Assembly: GCA_030390025.1 (NCBI GenBank)
Contig: JASTWF010000341.1
Location: 124,001 to 188,000 of the forward strand
Length of the DNA: 64,000 bases
Direction of reading: 5' to 3'
From: Squalus acanthias
Lineage: Eukaryota
The position numbers and the translations under genes were made by a program. Shown piece by piece: positions 22,101 through 37,100 of the stretch (its first letter is position 1; every line of letters starts with the position of its first letter). Below the pieces are notes generated by a model. It saw only the letters and a list, made by a program, of their open reading frames with translations, made no database searches and was not told where the DNA came from.

Positions 22101-25100
22101 CAGCATCAGTTTTACTGTCGATCCTCAGCATTAGTTTTACTGTCGATCCTCAGCATTAGTTTTACTGTCGATCCTCAGCATTAGTTTTACTGTCGATCCT
22201 CAGAATTAGTTTTACTGTCGATCCTCAGCATTAGTTTTACTGTCGATCCGGAGCATTAATTTTACTGTCGATCCTCAGAATTAGTTTTACTGTCGATCCT
22301 CAGCATTAGATTTACTGTCAATCCTCAGCGTTAGTTTTACTGTCGATCCTCAGCATTAGATTTACTGTCGATCCTCAGCATTAGTTTTACTGTCGATCCT
22401 CAGCAATACTTTTACTGTCTATCCTCAGCATCAGTTTTACTGTCGATCCTCAGCATTAGTTTCACTGTCGATCCGCAGCATTAGTTTTACTGTCGATCCT
22501 CAGCATAAGTTTAACTGTCGATCCTCAGCGTTAGTTTTACTGTCGATCCTCAGCGTTAGTTTTACTGTCGATCCTCAGCGTTGGTTTAAACTGTCGATCC
22601 TTAGCGTTAGTTTTACTGTCGATCCTCAGCGTTAGTTTCACTGTCAATCTCAGCGTTAGTTTTACTGTCGATCGTCAGCATTAGTTTTACAGACGATCCT
22701 CAGCATTAGTTTTACTGTCGATCCTCAGCTTTAGTTTTACTGTCGATCCTCAGCGTTAGTTAAACTGTCGATCCTCAGCGTAGTTAAACTGTCGATCTCA
22801 GCGTTAGTTTCACTGTCGATCCTCAGCATTAGTTTACTGACGATCCTCAGCATTAGTTTTACTGACGATCCTCAGCATTAGTTTTACTGACGATCCTCAG
22901 CATTAGTTTTACTGACGATCCTCAGCGTTAGTTTTCTGTCGATCCTCAGCATTAGTTTTACTGACGATCCTCAGCATTAGTTTTACTGTCGATCCTCAGC
23001 TTTAGTTTTACTGTCGATCCGTTTAGTTTTACTGTCGATCCGTAGCATTAATTTTAAAGTCGATGCTCAGGATTAGTTTTACTGTCGAACCTCAGCATTA
23101 GTTTTACTGTCGATCCTCAGCATTGGTTTTACTGTCGATCCTCAGCGTTAGTTTTACTGTCGATCCTCAGCATAAGTTTAACTGTCGATCCTCAGCGTTA
23201 GTTTTACTGTCGATCCTCAGCGTTAGTTTTACTGTCGATCCTCAGCGTTAGTTTAACTGTCGATCCTTAGCGTTAGTTTTACTGTCGATCCTCAGCGTTA
23301 GTTTCACTGTCAATCCTCAGCGTTAGTTTTACTGTCGATCGTCAGCATTAGTTTTACTGACGATCCTCAGCATTAGTTTTACTGTCGATCCTCAGCTTTA
23401 GTTTTACTGTCGATCCTCAGCGTTAGTTTTACTGTCGATCCTCAGCGTTAGTTTCACTGTCGATCCTCAGCGTTAGTTTTACTGTCGATCATCAGCATTA
23501 GTTTTACTGACGATCCTCAGCATTAGTTTTACAGTCGATCGTCAGCTTTAGTTTTACTGTCGATCCTCACCATTAGTTTTACTGTCGATCCTCAGCATTA
23601 GTTTTACTGTCAATCCTCAGCATTAATTTTACTGTCGATCCTCAGCATTAATTTTACTGTCGATCCTCAGCATTAGTTTTACTGTCGATCCTCAGCATTA
23701 ATTTTACTGTCGATCCTCAGCATTAATTTTACTGTCGATCCTCAGCATCAGTTTTACTGTCGATCCTCAGGATTAGTTTTACTGTCGATCCGCAGCATTA
23801 GTTTTACTGTCGATCCTTAGCAATAGTTTTACTGTCGATCCGCAGCATTAGTTTTACTGTCGATCCTCAGCATCAGTTTTACTGTCGCTCCTCAGGATTA
23901 GTTTTACTGTCGATCCTCAGCTTTAGATTTACTGTCGATCCTCAGCATTAGTTTTACTGTCGATCCTCAGCGTAAGTTTTACTGTCGATCCTCAGCATAA
24001 GTTTAACTGTCGATCCTCAGCGTTAGTTTTACTGTCGATCCTCAGCGTTAGTTTTACTGTCGATCCTCAGCGTTAGTTTAACTGTCGATCCTCAGCGTTA
24101 GTTTAACTGTCGATCCTCAGCGTAAGTATTACTGTCGATCCTCAGCATTAGTTTTGCTGTCGATCCTCAGCATTAGTTTTACTGTCGATCCTCAGCATTA
24201 GTTTTACTGTCGATCCTCAGCATTCGTTTTACTGTCGAACCTCAGCGTTAGTTTTACTGTCGATCCTCAGCATTAGTTTTACTGTCGATCCTCAGCATTA
24301 GTTTTACTGTCGATCTGCAGCATTAGTTTTACTGTCGATCCTCAGGATTAGTTTTACTGTCAATCCTCAGCATTAGTTTTACTGTCGATCTGCAGCATCA
24401 GTTTTACTGTCGATCCTCAGCATTAGTTTTACTGTCGATCCTCAGCGTTAGTTTTACTGTCGGTCCTCAGCGTTAGTTTTACTGTCGATCCTCAGCGTTA
24501 GTTTTACTGTCGATCCTCAGCATTAGTTTTACTGTCGATCCGCAGCATTAGTTTTACTGTCGATCCTCAGCATTAGTTTTACTGTCGACCCTCAGCGTTA
24601 GTTTTACTGTCGATCCTCAGAATTAGCTTTACTGTCGATCCTCAGGATTAGTTTTACTGTCAATCCTCAGCATTAATTTTACTGTCGATCCTCAGCATTA
24701 ATTTTACTGTCAATCCTCAGCATTAATTTTACTGTCGATCCTCAGCATTAGTTTTACTGTCGATCCTCAGCGTTAATTTTACTGTCGATCCTCAGCGTTA
24801 GTTTTACTGTCGATCCTCAGCATTAGTTTTACTGTCGATCCGCAGCATTAATTTTACTGTCGATCCTCAGAATTAGTTTTACTGTCGATCCTCAGCATTA
24901 GTTTTACTGTCGATCCTCAGCATTAGTTTTACTGTCGATCCTCAGCATTAGTTTTACTGTCGATCCTCAGCATTAGTTTTACTGTCGATCCTCAGCATTA
25001 GTTTTACTGTCGATCCTCAGAATTAGTTTTACTGACGATCCTCAGCATTAGTTTTACTGTCGATCCGCAGCATTAATTTTACTGACGATCCTCAGGATTA

Positions 25101-28100
25101 GTTTTACTGACGATCCTCAGAATTAGTTTTACTGTCGATCCTCAGCATTAGTTTTACTGTCGATCCGGAGCATTAATTTTACTGTCGATCCTCAGAATTA
25201 GTTTTACTGTCGATCCTCAGCGTTAGTTTTACTGTCGATCCTCAGCATTAGATTTACTGTCGATCCTCAGCGTTAGTTTTACTGTCGATCCTCAGCATTA
25301 GATTTACTGTCGATCCTCAGCATTAGTTTTACTGTCGATCCTCAGCAATACTTTTACTGTCTATCCTCAGTATCAGTTTTACTGTCGATCCTCAGCATTA
25401 GTTTCACTGTCGATCCGCAGCATTAGTTTTACTGTCGATCCTCAGCATAAGTTTAACTGTCGATCCTCAGCGTTAGTTTTACTGTCGATCCTCAGCGTTA
25501 GTTTTACTGTCGATCCTCAGCGTTGGTTTAACTGTCGATCCTTAGCGTTAGTTTTACTGTCGATCCTCAGCGTTAGTTTCTCTGTCAATCCTCAGCGTTA
25601 GTTTTACTGTCGATCGTCAGCATTAGTTTTACTGACGATCCTCAGCATTAGTTTTACTGTCGATCCTCAGCTTTAGTTTTACTGTCGATCCTCAGCGTTA
25701 GTTAAACTGTCGATCCTCAGCGTTAGTTAAACTGTCGATCCTCAGCGTTAGTTTCACTGTCGATCCTCAGCGTTACTTTTACTGTCGATCCTCAGCATTA
25801 GTTTTACTGACGATCCTCAGCATTAGTTTTACTGTCGATCCTCAGCTTTAGTTTCACTGTCGATCCTCACCATTAGTTTTACTGTCGATCCTCAGCATTA
25901 GTTTTACTGTCGATCCGCAGCATTAGTTTTACTGTCAATCCTCAGCATTAATTTTACTGTCGATCCTCAGCATTAATTTTACTGTCGATCCTCAGCATTA
26001 GTTTTACTGTCGATCCTCAGCATTAATTTTACTGTCGATCCTCAGCATTAATTTTACTGTCGATCCTCAGCTTTAGTTTTACTGTCGATCCTCAGCATTA
26101 GTTTTACTGTCGATCCGCAGCATTAGTTTTACTGTCGATCCTCAGCATTAGTTTTACTGTCAATCCTCAGTATTAATTTTACTGTCGATCCGCAGCATTA
26201 ATTTTACTGTCGATCCTCAGCTTTAGTTTTACTGTCGATCCTCAGCATTAGTTTTACTGTCGATCCTCAGCATTAGTTTTACTGTCGATCCTCAGCTTTA
26301 GTTTTACTGTCGATCCTCAGCATTAGTTTTACTGTCGATCCGCAGCATTAGTTTTACTGTCAATCCTCAGTATTAATTTTACTGTCGATCCGCAGCATTA
26401 ATTTTACTGACGATCCTCAGCATTAGTTTTACTGTCGATCCGCAGCATTAGTTTTACTGTCAATCCTCAGCATTAATTTTACTGTCGATCCTCAGCATTA
26501 ATTTTACTGTCGATCCTCAGCATTAGTTTTACTGTCGATCCTCAGCATTAATTTTACTGTCGATCCTCAGCATTAATTTTACTGTCGATCCTCAGCTTTA
26601 GTTTTACTGTCGATCCTCAGCATTAATTTTACTGTCGATCCTCAGCATTAATTTTAAAGTCGATGCTCAGGATTAGTTTTACTGTCGATCCTCAGCATTA
26701 ATTTTACTGTCGATCCTCAGCATTAGTTTTACTGTCGATCCTCAGCATTCGTTTTACTGTCGATCCTCAGCGTTAGTTTTACTGTCGATCCTCAGCATTA
26801 GTTTTACTGTCGATCCTCAGCATTAGTTTTACTGTCGATCCGTAGCATTAGTTTTACTGTCGACCCTCAGAATTAGTTTTACTGTCGATCCTCAGCATTA
26901 GTTTTACTGTCGATCCTCAGCATTAGTTTTACTGTCGATCCTCAGCATTAGTTTTACTGTCGATCCTCAGCATTAGTTTTACTGTCGATCCTCAGCATTA
27001 GTTTTACTGTCGATCCTCAGAATTAGTTTTACTGACGATCCTCAGCATTAGTTTTACTGTCGATCCGCAGCATTAATTTTACTGACGATCCTCAGGATTA
27101 GTTTTACTGTCGATCCTCAGCGTTAGTTTTACTGTCGATCCTCAGCATTAGATTTACTGTCGATCCTCAGCGATTGTTTTACTGTCGATCCTCAGCGTTA
27201 GTTTTACTGTCGATCCTCAGCGTCAGGTTTACTGTCGATCCGTAGCATTAATTTTACTGTCGATCCTCAGCGTTAGTTTTACTGACGATCCTCAGCATCA
27301 GTTTTACTGTCGATCCTCAGCATTAGTTTTACTGTCGATCCTAAGCAATACTTTTACTGTCGATCCTCAGCATCAGTTTTACTGTCGATCCTCAGCATTA
27401 GTTTCACTGTCGATCCGCAGCATTAGTTTTACTGTCGATCCTCAGCATTAGTTTTGCTGTCGATCCTCAGCATTAGTTTTACTGTCGATCCTCAGCATCA
27501 GTTTTACTGTCGATCCTCAGGATTAGTTTTACTGTCGATCCGCAGCATTAGTTTTACTGTCGATCCTTAGCAATAGTTTTACTGTCGATCCGCAGCATTA
27601 GTTTTACTGTCGATCCTCAGCATCAGTTTTACTGTCGCTCCTCAGGATTAGTTTTACTGTCGATCCTCAGCTTTAGATTTACTGTCGATCCTCAGCATTA
27701 GTTTTACTGTCGATCCTCAGCGTAAGTTTTACTGTCGATCCTCAGCATAAGTTTAACTGTCGATCCTCAGCGTTAGTTTTACTGTCGATCCTCAGCGTTA
27801 GTTTTACTGTCGATCCTCAGCGTTAGTTTAACTGCCGATCCTCAGCGTTAGTTTTACTGTCGATCCTCAGCGTTAGTTTTACTGTCGATCGTCAGCGTTA
27901 GTTTTACTGACGATCCTCAGCATTAGTTTTACTGTCGATCCTCAGCTTTAGTTTTACTGTCGATCCTCAGCATAAGTTTAACTGTCGATCCTCAGCGTTA
28001 GTTTTACTGTCGATCCTCAGCGTTAGTTTTACTGTCGATCCTCAGCGTTGGTTTAACTGTCGATCCTTAGCGTTAGTTTTACTGTCGATCCTCAGCGTTA

Positions 28101-31100
28101 GTTTCACTGTCAATCCTCAGCGTTAGTTTTACTGTCGATCGTCAGCATTAGTTTTACTGACGATCCTCAGCATTAGTTTTACTGTCGATCCTCAGCGTTA
28201 GTTAAACTGTCGATCCTCAGCGCTAGTTACACTGTCGATCCTCAGCGTTAGTTTCACTGTCGATCCTCAGCGTTAGTTTTACTGTCGATCCTCAGCATTA
28301 GTTTTACTGTCGATCCTCAGAATTAGTTTTACTGACGATCCTCAGCATTAGTTTTACTGTCGATCCGCAGCATTAATTTTACTGACGATCCTCAGGATTA
28401 GTTTTACTGTCGATCCTCAGCGTTAGTTTTACTGTCGATCCTCAGCATTAGATTTACTGTCGATCCTGAGCGATTGTTTTACTGTCGATCCTCAGCGTTA
28501 GTTTTACTGTCGATCCTCAGCGTCAGGTTTACCTGTCGATCCGTAGCATTAAGTTTACTGTCGATCCTCAGCGTTAGTTTTACTGACGATCCTCAGCATT
28601 CAGTTTTACTGTCGATCCTCAGCATTAGTTTTACTGTCGATCCGCAGCATTAATTTTACTGACGATCTCAGGATTAGTTTTACTGTCGATCCTCAGCGTT
28701 AGTTTTACTGTCGATCCTCAGCATTAGATTTACTGTCGATCCTCAGCGATTGTTTTACTGTCGATCCTCAGCGTTAGTTTTACTGTCGATCCTCAGCATT
28801 AGTTTTACTGTCGATCCGCAGCATTAGTTTTACTGTCGATCCTCAGCATTAGTTTTACTGTCGATCCTCAGCATTAGTTTTACTGTCGATCCTCAGCGTT
28901 AGTTTTACTGTCGGTCCTCAGCGTTAGTTTTACTGTCGATCCTCAGCGTTAGTTTTACTGTCGATCCTCAGCATTAGTTTTACTGTCGATCCGCAGCATT
29001 AGTTTTACTGTCGTTCCTCAGCGTTAGTTTTACTGTCGATCCTCAGCATTAGTTTTACTGTCGATCCTCAGCATTAGTTTTACTGTCGATCCTCAGCATT
29101 AGTTTTACTGTCGATCCTCAGCATTAGTTTTACTGTCGATCCTCAGCGTTAGTTTTACTGTCGATCCTCAGCATTAGTTTTACTGTCGATCCTCAGCATT
29201 AGTTTTACTGTCGATCCTCAGCATTAGTTTTACTGTCGATCCTCAGCATTAGTTTTACTGTCGATCCTCAGCATTAGTTTACTGTCGATCCTCAGCATTA
29301 GTTTTACTGTCGATCCTCAGCATTAGTTTTACTGTCGATCCTCAGCATTAGTTTTACTGTCGATCCTCAGCATTAGTTTTACTGTCGATCCTCAGCATTA
29401 GTTTTACTGTCGATCCTCAGCGTTAGTTTTACTGTCGATCCTCAGCATTAGTTTTACTGTCGATCCTCAGCATTAGTTTTACTGTCGATCCTCAGCATTA
29501 GTTTTACTGTCGATCCTCAGCATTAGTTTTACTGTCGATCCTCAGCGTTAGTTTTACTGTCGATCCTCAGCATTAGTTTTACTGTCGATCCTCAGCATTA
29601 ATTTTACTGTCGATCCTCAGCATTAGTTTTACTGTCGATCCTCAGCATTAGTTTTACTGTCGATCCTCAGCATTAGTTTTACTGTCGATCCTCAGCATTA
29701 GTTTTACTGTCGATCCTCAGCATTAGTTTTACTGTCGATCCTCAGCATTAGTTTTACTGTCGATCCTCAGCATTAGTTTTACTGTCGATCCTCAGCATTA
29801 GTTTTACTGTCGATCCTCAGCATTATTTACTGTCGATCCTCAGCATTAGTTTTACTGTCGATCCTCAGCATTAGTTTTACTGTCGATCCTCAGCATTAGT
29901 TTTACTGTCGATCCTCAGCATTAGTTTTACTGTCGATCCTCAGATTAGTTTTACTGTCGATCCTCAGCATTAGTTTTACTGTCGATCCTCAGCATTATTT
30001 TACTGTCGATCCTCAGCATTAGTTTTACTGTCGATCCTCAGCATTAGTTTTACTGTCGATCCTCAGCATTAGTTTTACTGTCGATCCTCAGCATTAGTTT
30101 TACTGTCGATCCTCAGCATTAGTTTTACTGTCGATCCTCAGCATTAGTTTTACTGTCGATCCTCAGCATTAGTTTTACTGTCGATCCTCAGCATTAGTTT
30201 TACTGTCGATCCTCAGCATTAATTTTACTGTCGATCCTCAGCATTAATTTTACTGTCGATCCTCAGCATTAGTTTTACTGTCGATCCTCAGCATTAGTTT
30301 TACTGTCGATCCTCAGCATTAGTTTTACTGTCGATCCTCAGCATTAGTTTTACTGTCGATCCTCAGCATTAGTTTTACTGTCGATCCTCAGCATTAGTTT
30401 TACTGTCGATCCTCAGCATTAGTTTTACTGTCGATCCTCAGCATTAGTTTTACTGTCGATCCTCAGCATTAGTTTTACTGTCGATCCTCAGCATTAGTTT
30501 TACTGTCGATCCTCAGCATTAGTTTTACTGTCGATCCTCAGCATTAGTTTTACTGTCGATCCTCAGCATTAGTTTTACTGTCGATCCTCAGCATTAGTTT
30601 TACTTTCGAATCCTCAGCATTAGTTTTACTGACGATCCTCAGCATTAGTTTTACTGTCGATCCTCAGCATTAGTTTTACTGACGATCCTCAGGATTAGTT
30701 TAGCTGTCGATCCTCAGCGTTAGTTTTACTGTCGATCCTCAGCATTAGATTTACTGTCGATCTCAGCATTAGTTTTACTGTCGATCCTCAGCATTAGTTT
30801 TACTGTCGATCCTCAGCATTCAGGTTTACTGTCGATCCGCAGCATTAATTTTACTGTCGATCCTCAGCGTTAGTTTTACTGACGATCCTCAGCGATAGTT
30901 TTACTGTCGATCCTCAGCATTAGATTTACTGTCGATCCTAAGCGATAGCTTTTACTGTCGATCCTCAGCGATCAGTTTTACTGTCGATCCTCAGCAGTAG
31001 GTTTCACTGTCGATCCGCTAGCATAGTTTTACTGTCGATCCTCAGCATTAGTTTTACTGTCGATCCTCAGCATTAGTTTTACTGTCGATCCTCAGCATTA

Positions 31101-34100
31101 GTTTTACTGTCGATCCTCAGCATTAGTTTTACTGTCGATCCTCAGCATTAGTTTTACTGTCGATCCTCAGCATTAGTTTTACTGTCGATCCTCAGCATTA
31201 GTTTTACTGTCGATCCTCAGCATTAGTTTTACTGTCGATCCTCAGCATTAGTTTTACTGTCGATCCTCAGCATTAGTTTACTGTCGATCCTCAGCATTAG
31301 TTTTACTGTCGATCCTCAGCATTAGTTTTACTGTCGATCCTCAGCATTAGTTTTACTGTCGATCCTCAGCGATTAGTTTTACTGTCGATCCTCAGCATTA
31401 GTTTTACTGTCGATCCTCAGCATTAGTTTTACTGTCGATCCTCAGCATTAGTTTTACTGTCGATCCTCAGCGTTAGTTTTACTGTCGATCCTCAGCATTA
31501 GTTTTACTGTCGATCCTCAGCATTAGTTTTACTGTCGATCCTCAGCATTAGTTTTACTGTCGATCCTCAGCATTAGTTTTACTGTCGATCCTCAGCATTA
31601 GTTTTACTGTCGATCCTCAGCGTTAGTTTTACTGTCGATCCTCAGCATTAGTTTTACTGTCGATCCTCAGCATTAGTTTTACTGTCGATCCTCAGCATTA
31701 GTTTTACTGTCGATCCTCAGCGTTAGTTTTACTGTCGATCCTCAGCATTAGTTTTACTGTCGATCCTCAGCATTAGTTTTACTGTCGATCCTCAGCATTA
31801 GTTTTACTGTCGATCCTCAGCATTAGTTTTACTGTCGATCCTCAGCGTTAGTTTTACTGTCGATCCTCAGCGTTAGTTTTACTGTCGATCCTCAGCATTA
31901 GTTTTACTGTCGATCCTCAGCATTAGTTTTACTGTCGATCCTCAGCATTAGTTTTACTGTCGATCCTCAGCATTAGTTTTACTGTCGATCCTCAGCATTA
32001 GTTTTACTGTCGATCCTCAGCATTAGTTTTACTGTCGATCCTCAGCGTTAGTTTTACTGTCGATCCTCAGCATTAGATTTACTGTCGATCCTGAGCGATT
32101 GTTTTTACTGTCGATCCTCAGCGTTAGTTTTACTGTCGATCCTCAGCGTCAGGTTTACTGTCGATCCGTAGCATTAATTTTACTGACGATCCTCAGCGTA
32201 GTTTTACAGACGATCCTCAGCATCAGTTTTACTGTCGATCCTCAGCATTAGTTTTACTGTCGATCCGCAGCATTAATTTTACTGACGATCCTCAGGATTA
32301 GTTTTACTGTCGATCCTCAGCGTTAGTTTTACTGTCGATCCTCAGCATTAGATTTACTGTCGATCCTCAGCGATTGTTTTACTGTCGATCCTCAGCGTTA
32401 GTTTACTGTCGATCCTCAGCGTCAGGTTTACTGTCGATCCGTAGCATTAATTTTACTGTCGATCCTCAGCGTTAGTTTTACTGACGATCCTCAGCATCAG
32501 TTTTACTGTCGATCCTCAGCATTAGTTTTACTGTCGATCCTAAGCAATACTTTTACTGTCGATCCTCAGCATCAGTTTTACTGTCGATCCTCAGCATTAG
32601 TTTCACTGTCGATCCGCAGCATTAGTTTTACTGTCGATCCTCAGCATTAGTTTTACTGTCGATCCTCAGCATTAGTTTTACTGTCGATCCTCAGCATCAC
32701 TTTTACTGTCGATCCTCAGGATTAGTTTTACTGTCGATCCGCAGCATTAGTTTTACTGTCGATCCTTAGCAATAGTTTTACTGTCGATCCGCAGCATTAG
32801 TTTTACTGTCGATCCTCAGCATCAGTTTTACTGTCGATCGTCAGCGTTAGTTTTACTGACGATCCTCAGCATTAGTTTTACTGTCGATCCTCAGCTTTAG
32901 TTTTACTGTCGATCCTCAGCTTTAGTTTTACTGTCGATCCTCAGCAGTAGTTTTACTGTCGATCCGCAGCATTAGTTTTACTGTCGATCCTCAGCATTAG
33001 TTTTACTGTCAATCCTCAGCATTAATTTTACTGTCAATCCTCAGCATTAATTTTACTGTCGATCCTCAGCATTAGTTTTACTGTCGATCCTCAGCATTAA
33101 TTTTACTGTCGATCCTCAGCATTAGTTTTACTGTCGATCCTCAGCGTTAGTTTTACTGTCGATCCTCAGCATTAATTTTACTGTCGATCCTCAGCATTAA
33201 TTTTACTGTCGATCCTCAGCATTAGTTTTACTGTCGATCCTCAGCATTCGTTTTACTGTCGATCCTCAGCGTTAGTTTTACTGTCGATCCTCAGCATTAG
33301 TTTTACTGTCGATCCGCAGAATTAGTTTTACTGTCGATCCTCAGCATTAGTTTTACTGTCGATCCTCAGCATTAGTTTTACTGTCGATCCGCAACATTAG
33401 TTTTACTGTCGATTCTCAGCATTAGTTTTACTGTCGATCCTCAGCATTAGTTTTACTGTCGAACCTCAGCATTAGTTTTACTGTCGATCCTCAGCATTAG
33501 TTTTACTGTCGATCCTCAGCATTAGTTTTACTGTCGATCCGCAACATTAGTTTTACTGTCGATTCTCAGCATTAGTTTTACTGTCAATCCTCAGCATTAA
33601 TTTTACTGTCGATCCTCAGCATTAATTTTACTGTCGATCCTCAGCATTAGTTTTACTGTCGATCCTCAGCATTAATTTTACTGTCGATCCGCAGCGTTAG
33701 TTTTACTGTCGATCCTCAGCTTTAGTTTTACTGTCGGTCCGCAGAATTATGTTTTCCTGTCGATCCTCAGGATTAGTTTTACTGTCGATCCTCAGCTTTA
33801 GTTTTACTGTCGATCCTCAGCATTAGATTTACTGTCGATCCTCAGCGTTAGTTTTACTGTCGATCCTCAGCATTAATTTTACTGTCGATCCTCAGCATTA
33901 ATTTTACTGTCGATCCTCAGCGTTAGTTTTACTGTCGATCCTCAGCATTAATTTTACAGTCGATCCTCAGCATTAATTTTACTGTCGATCCTCAGCGTTA
34001 GTTTTACTGTCGATCCGCAGCGTTAGTTTTACTGTCGATCCTCAGCATTAGTTTTACTGTCGATCCGCAGCATTAGTTTTACTGTCGATCCTCAGCATTA

Positions 34101-37100
34101 GTTTTACTGTCGATCCTCAGCATTAGTTTACTGTCGATCCGCAACAGTTAGTTTTACTGTCGATCCTCAGCATTAGTTTTACTGTCGAACCTCAGCGTTA
34201 GTTTTACTGTCGATCCTCAGCATTAGTTTTACTGTCGATCCTCAGCATTAGTTTTACTGTCGATCCTCAGCATTAGTTTTACTGTCGATCCGCAACATTA
34301 GTTTTACTGTCGATCCTCAGCATTAATTTTACTGTCGATCCTCAGCATTAATTTTACTGTCGATCCTCAGCATTAGTTTTACTGTCGATCCTCAGCATTA
34401 ATTTACTGTCGATCCGCAGCGTTAGTTTTACTGTCGATCCTCAGCTTTAGTTTACTGTCGTCCGCAGAATTATGTTTTCCTGTCGATCCTCAGATTAGTT
34501 TTACTGTCGATCCTCAGCTTTAGTTTTACTGTCGATCCTCAGCATTAGATTTACTGTCGATCCTCAGCGTAGTTTTACTGTCGATCCTCAGCATTAGATT
34601 TACTGTCGATCCTCAGCATTAGTTTACTGTCGATCCTCAGCAATACTTTTACTGTCTATCCTCAGCATCAGTTTTACTGTCGATCCTCAGCATTAGTTTC
34701 ACTGTCGATCCGCAGCATTAGTTTTACTGTCGATCCTCAGCATAAGTTTAACTGTCGATCCTCAGCGTTAGTTTACTGTCGATCCTCAGCGTTAGTTTAC
34801 TGTCGATCCTCAGCGTTGGTTTAACTGTCGATCCTTAGCGTTAGTTTACTGTCGATCCTCAGCGTTAGTTTCACTGTCAATCCTCAGCGTTAGTTTTACT
34901 GTCGATCGTCAAGCATTAGTTTTACTGACGATCCTCAGCATTAGTTTTACTGTCGATCCTCAGCTTTAGTTTTACTGTCGATCCTCAGCGTTAGTTAAAC
35001 TGTCGATCCTCAGCGCTAGTTAAACTGTCGATCCTCAGCGTTAGTTTCACTGTCGATCCCTCAGCGTTAGTTTTACTGTCGATCCTCAGCTTAGTTTACT
35101 GACGATCCTCAGCATTAGTTTTACTGTCGATCCTCAGCTTTAGTTTTACTGTCGATCCGTAGCATTAATTTTAAAGTCGATGCTCAGGATTAGTTTTACT
35201 GTCGATCCTCAGCATTAATTTTACTGTCGATCCTCAGCATTAGTTTTACTGTCGATCCTCAGCATTCGTTTTACTGTCGATCCTCAGCGTTAGTTTTACT
35301 GTCGATCCTCAGCATTAGTTTTACTGTCGATCCTCAGCATTAGTTTTACTGTCGATCCGTAGCATTAGTTTTACTGTCGATCCTCAGAATTAGTTTTACT
35401 GTCGATCCTCAGCATTAGTTTTACTGTCGATCCTCAGCATTAGTTTTACTGTCGATCCTCAGCATTAGTTTTACTGTCGATCCTCAGCATTAGTTTTACT
35501 GTCGATCCTCAGAATTAGTTTTACTGACGATCCTCAGCATTAGTTTTACTGTCGATCCGCAGCATTAATTTTACTGACGATCCTCAGGATTAGTTTTACT
35601 GTCGATCCTCAGCGTTAGTTTTACTGTCGATCCTCAGCATTAGAATTTTCTGTCGATCCTCAGCGATTGTTTTACTGTCGATCCTCAGCGTTAGTTTTAC
35701 TGTCGATCCTCAGCGTCAGGTTTACTGTCGATCCGTAGCATTAATTTTACTGTCGATCCTCAGCGTTAGTTTACTGACGATCCTCAGCATCAGTTTTACT
35801 GTCGATCCTCAGCAATAGTTTTACTGTCGATCCTATGCAATACTTTTACTGTCGATCCTCAGCATCAGTTTTACTGTCGATCCTCAGCATTAGTTTCACT
35901 GTCGATCCGCAGCATTAGTTTTACTGTCGATCCTCAGCATTAGTTTTACTGTCGATCCTCAGCATTAGTTTTACTGTCGATCCTCAGCATCAATTTTACT
36001 GTCGATCCTCAGGATTAGTTTTACTGTCGATCCGCAGCATTAGTTTTACTGTCGATCCTTAGCAATAGTTTTACTGTCGATCGCAGCATTAGTTTTACTG
36101 TCGATCCTCAGCATCAGTTTTACTGTCGCTCCTCAGGATTAGTTTTACTGTCGATCCTCAGCTTTAGATTTACTGTCGATCCTCAGCATTAGTTTTACTG
36201 TCGATCCTCAGCGTAAGTTTTACTGTCGATCCTCAGCATAAGTTTAACTGTTGATCCTCAGCATTAGTTTTACTGTCGATCCTCAGCGTTAGTTTTACTG
36301 TCGATCCTCAGCGTTAGTTTTACTGTCGATCGTCAGCGTTAGTTTTACTGACGATCCTCAGCATTAGTTTTACTGTCGATCCTCAGCTTTAGTTTTACTG
36401 TCGATCCTCAGCTTTAGTTTTACTGTCGATCCTCAGCAGTAGTTTTACTGTCGATCCGCAGCATTAGTTTTACTGTCGATCCTCAGCATTAGTTTTACTG
36501 TCAATCCTCAGCATTAATTTTACTGTCAATCCTCAGCATTAATTTTACTGTCGATCCTCAGCATTAGTTTTACTGTCGATCCTCAGCATTAATTTTACTG
36601 TCGATCCTCAGCATTAATTTTACTGTCGATCCTCAGCGTTAGTTTTACTGTCTATCCTCAGCGTTAGTTTTACTGTCGATCCTCAGCATTAATTTTACAG
36701 TCGATCCTCAGCATTAATTTTACTGTCGATCCTCAGCATTAGTTTTACTGTAGATCCTCAGCATTCGTTTTACTGTCGATCCTCAGCGTTAGTTTTACTG
36801 TCGATCCGCAGCGTTAGTTTTACTGTCGATCCTCAGCATTAGTTTTACTGTCGATCCTCAGCATTAGTTTTACTGTCGATCCGCAACATTAGTTTTACTG
36901 TCGATTCTCAGCATTAGTTTTACTGTCGATCCTCAGCATTAGTTTTACTGTCGAACCTCAGCGTTAGTTTTACTGTCGATCCTCAGCATTAGTTTTACTG
37001 TCGATCCTCAGCATTAGCTTTACTGTCGATCCTCAGCATTAGTTTTACTGTCGATCCGCAACATTAGTTTTACTGTCGATTCTCAGCATTAGTTTTACTG

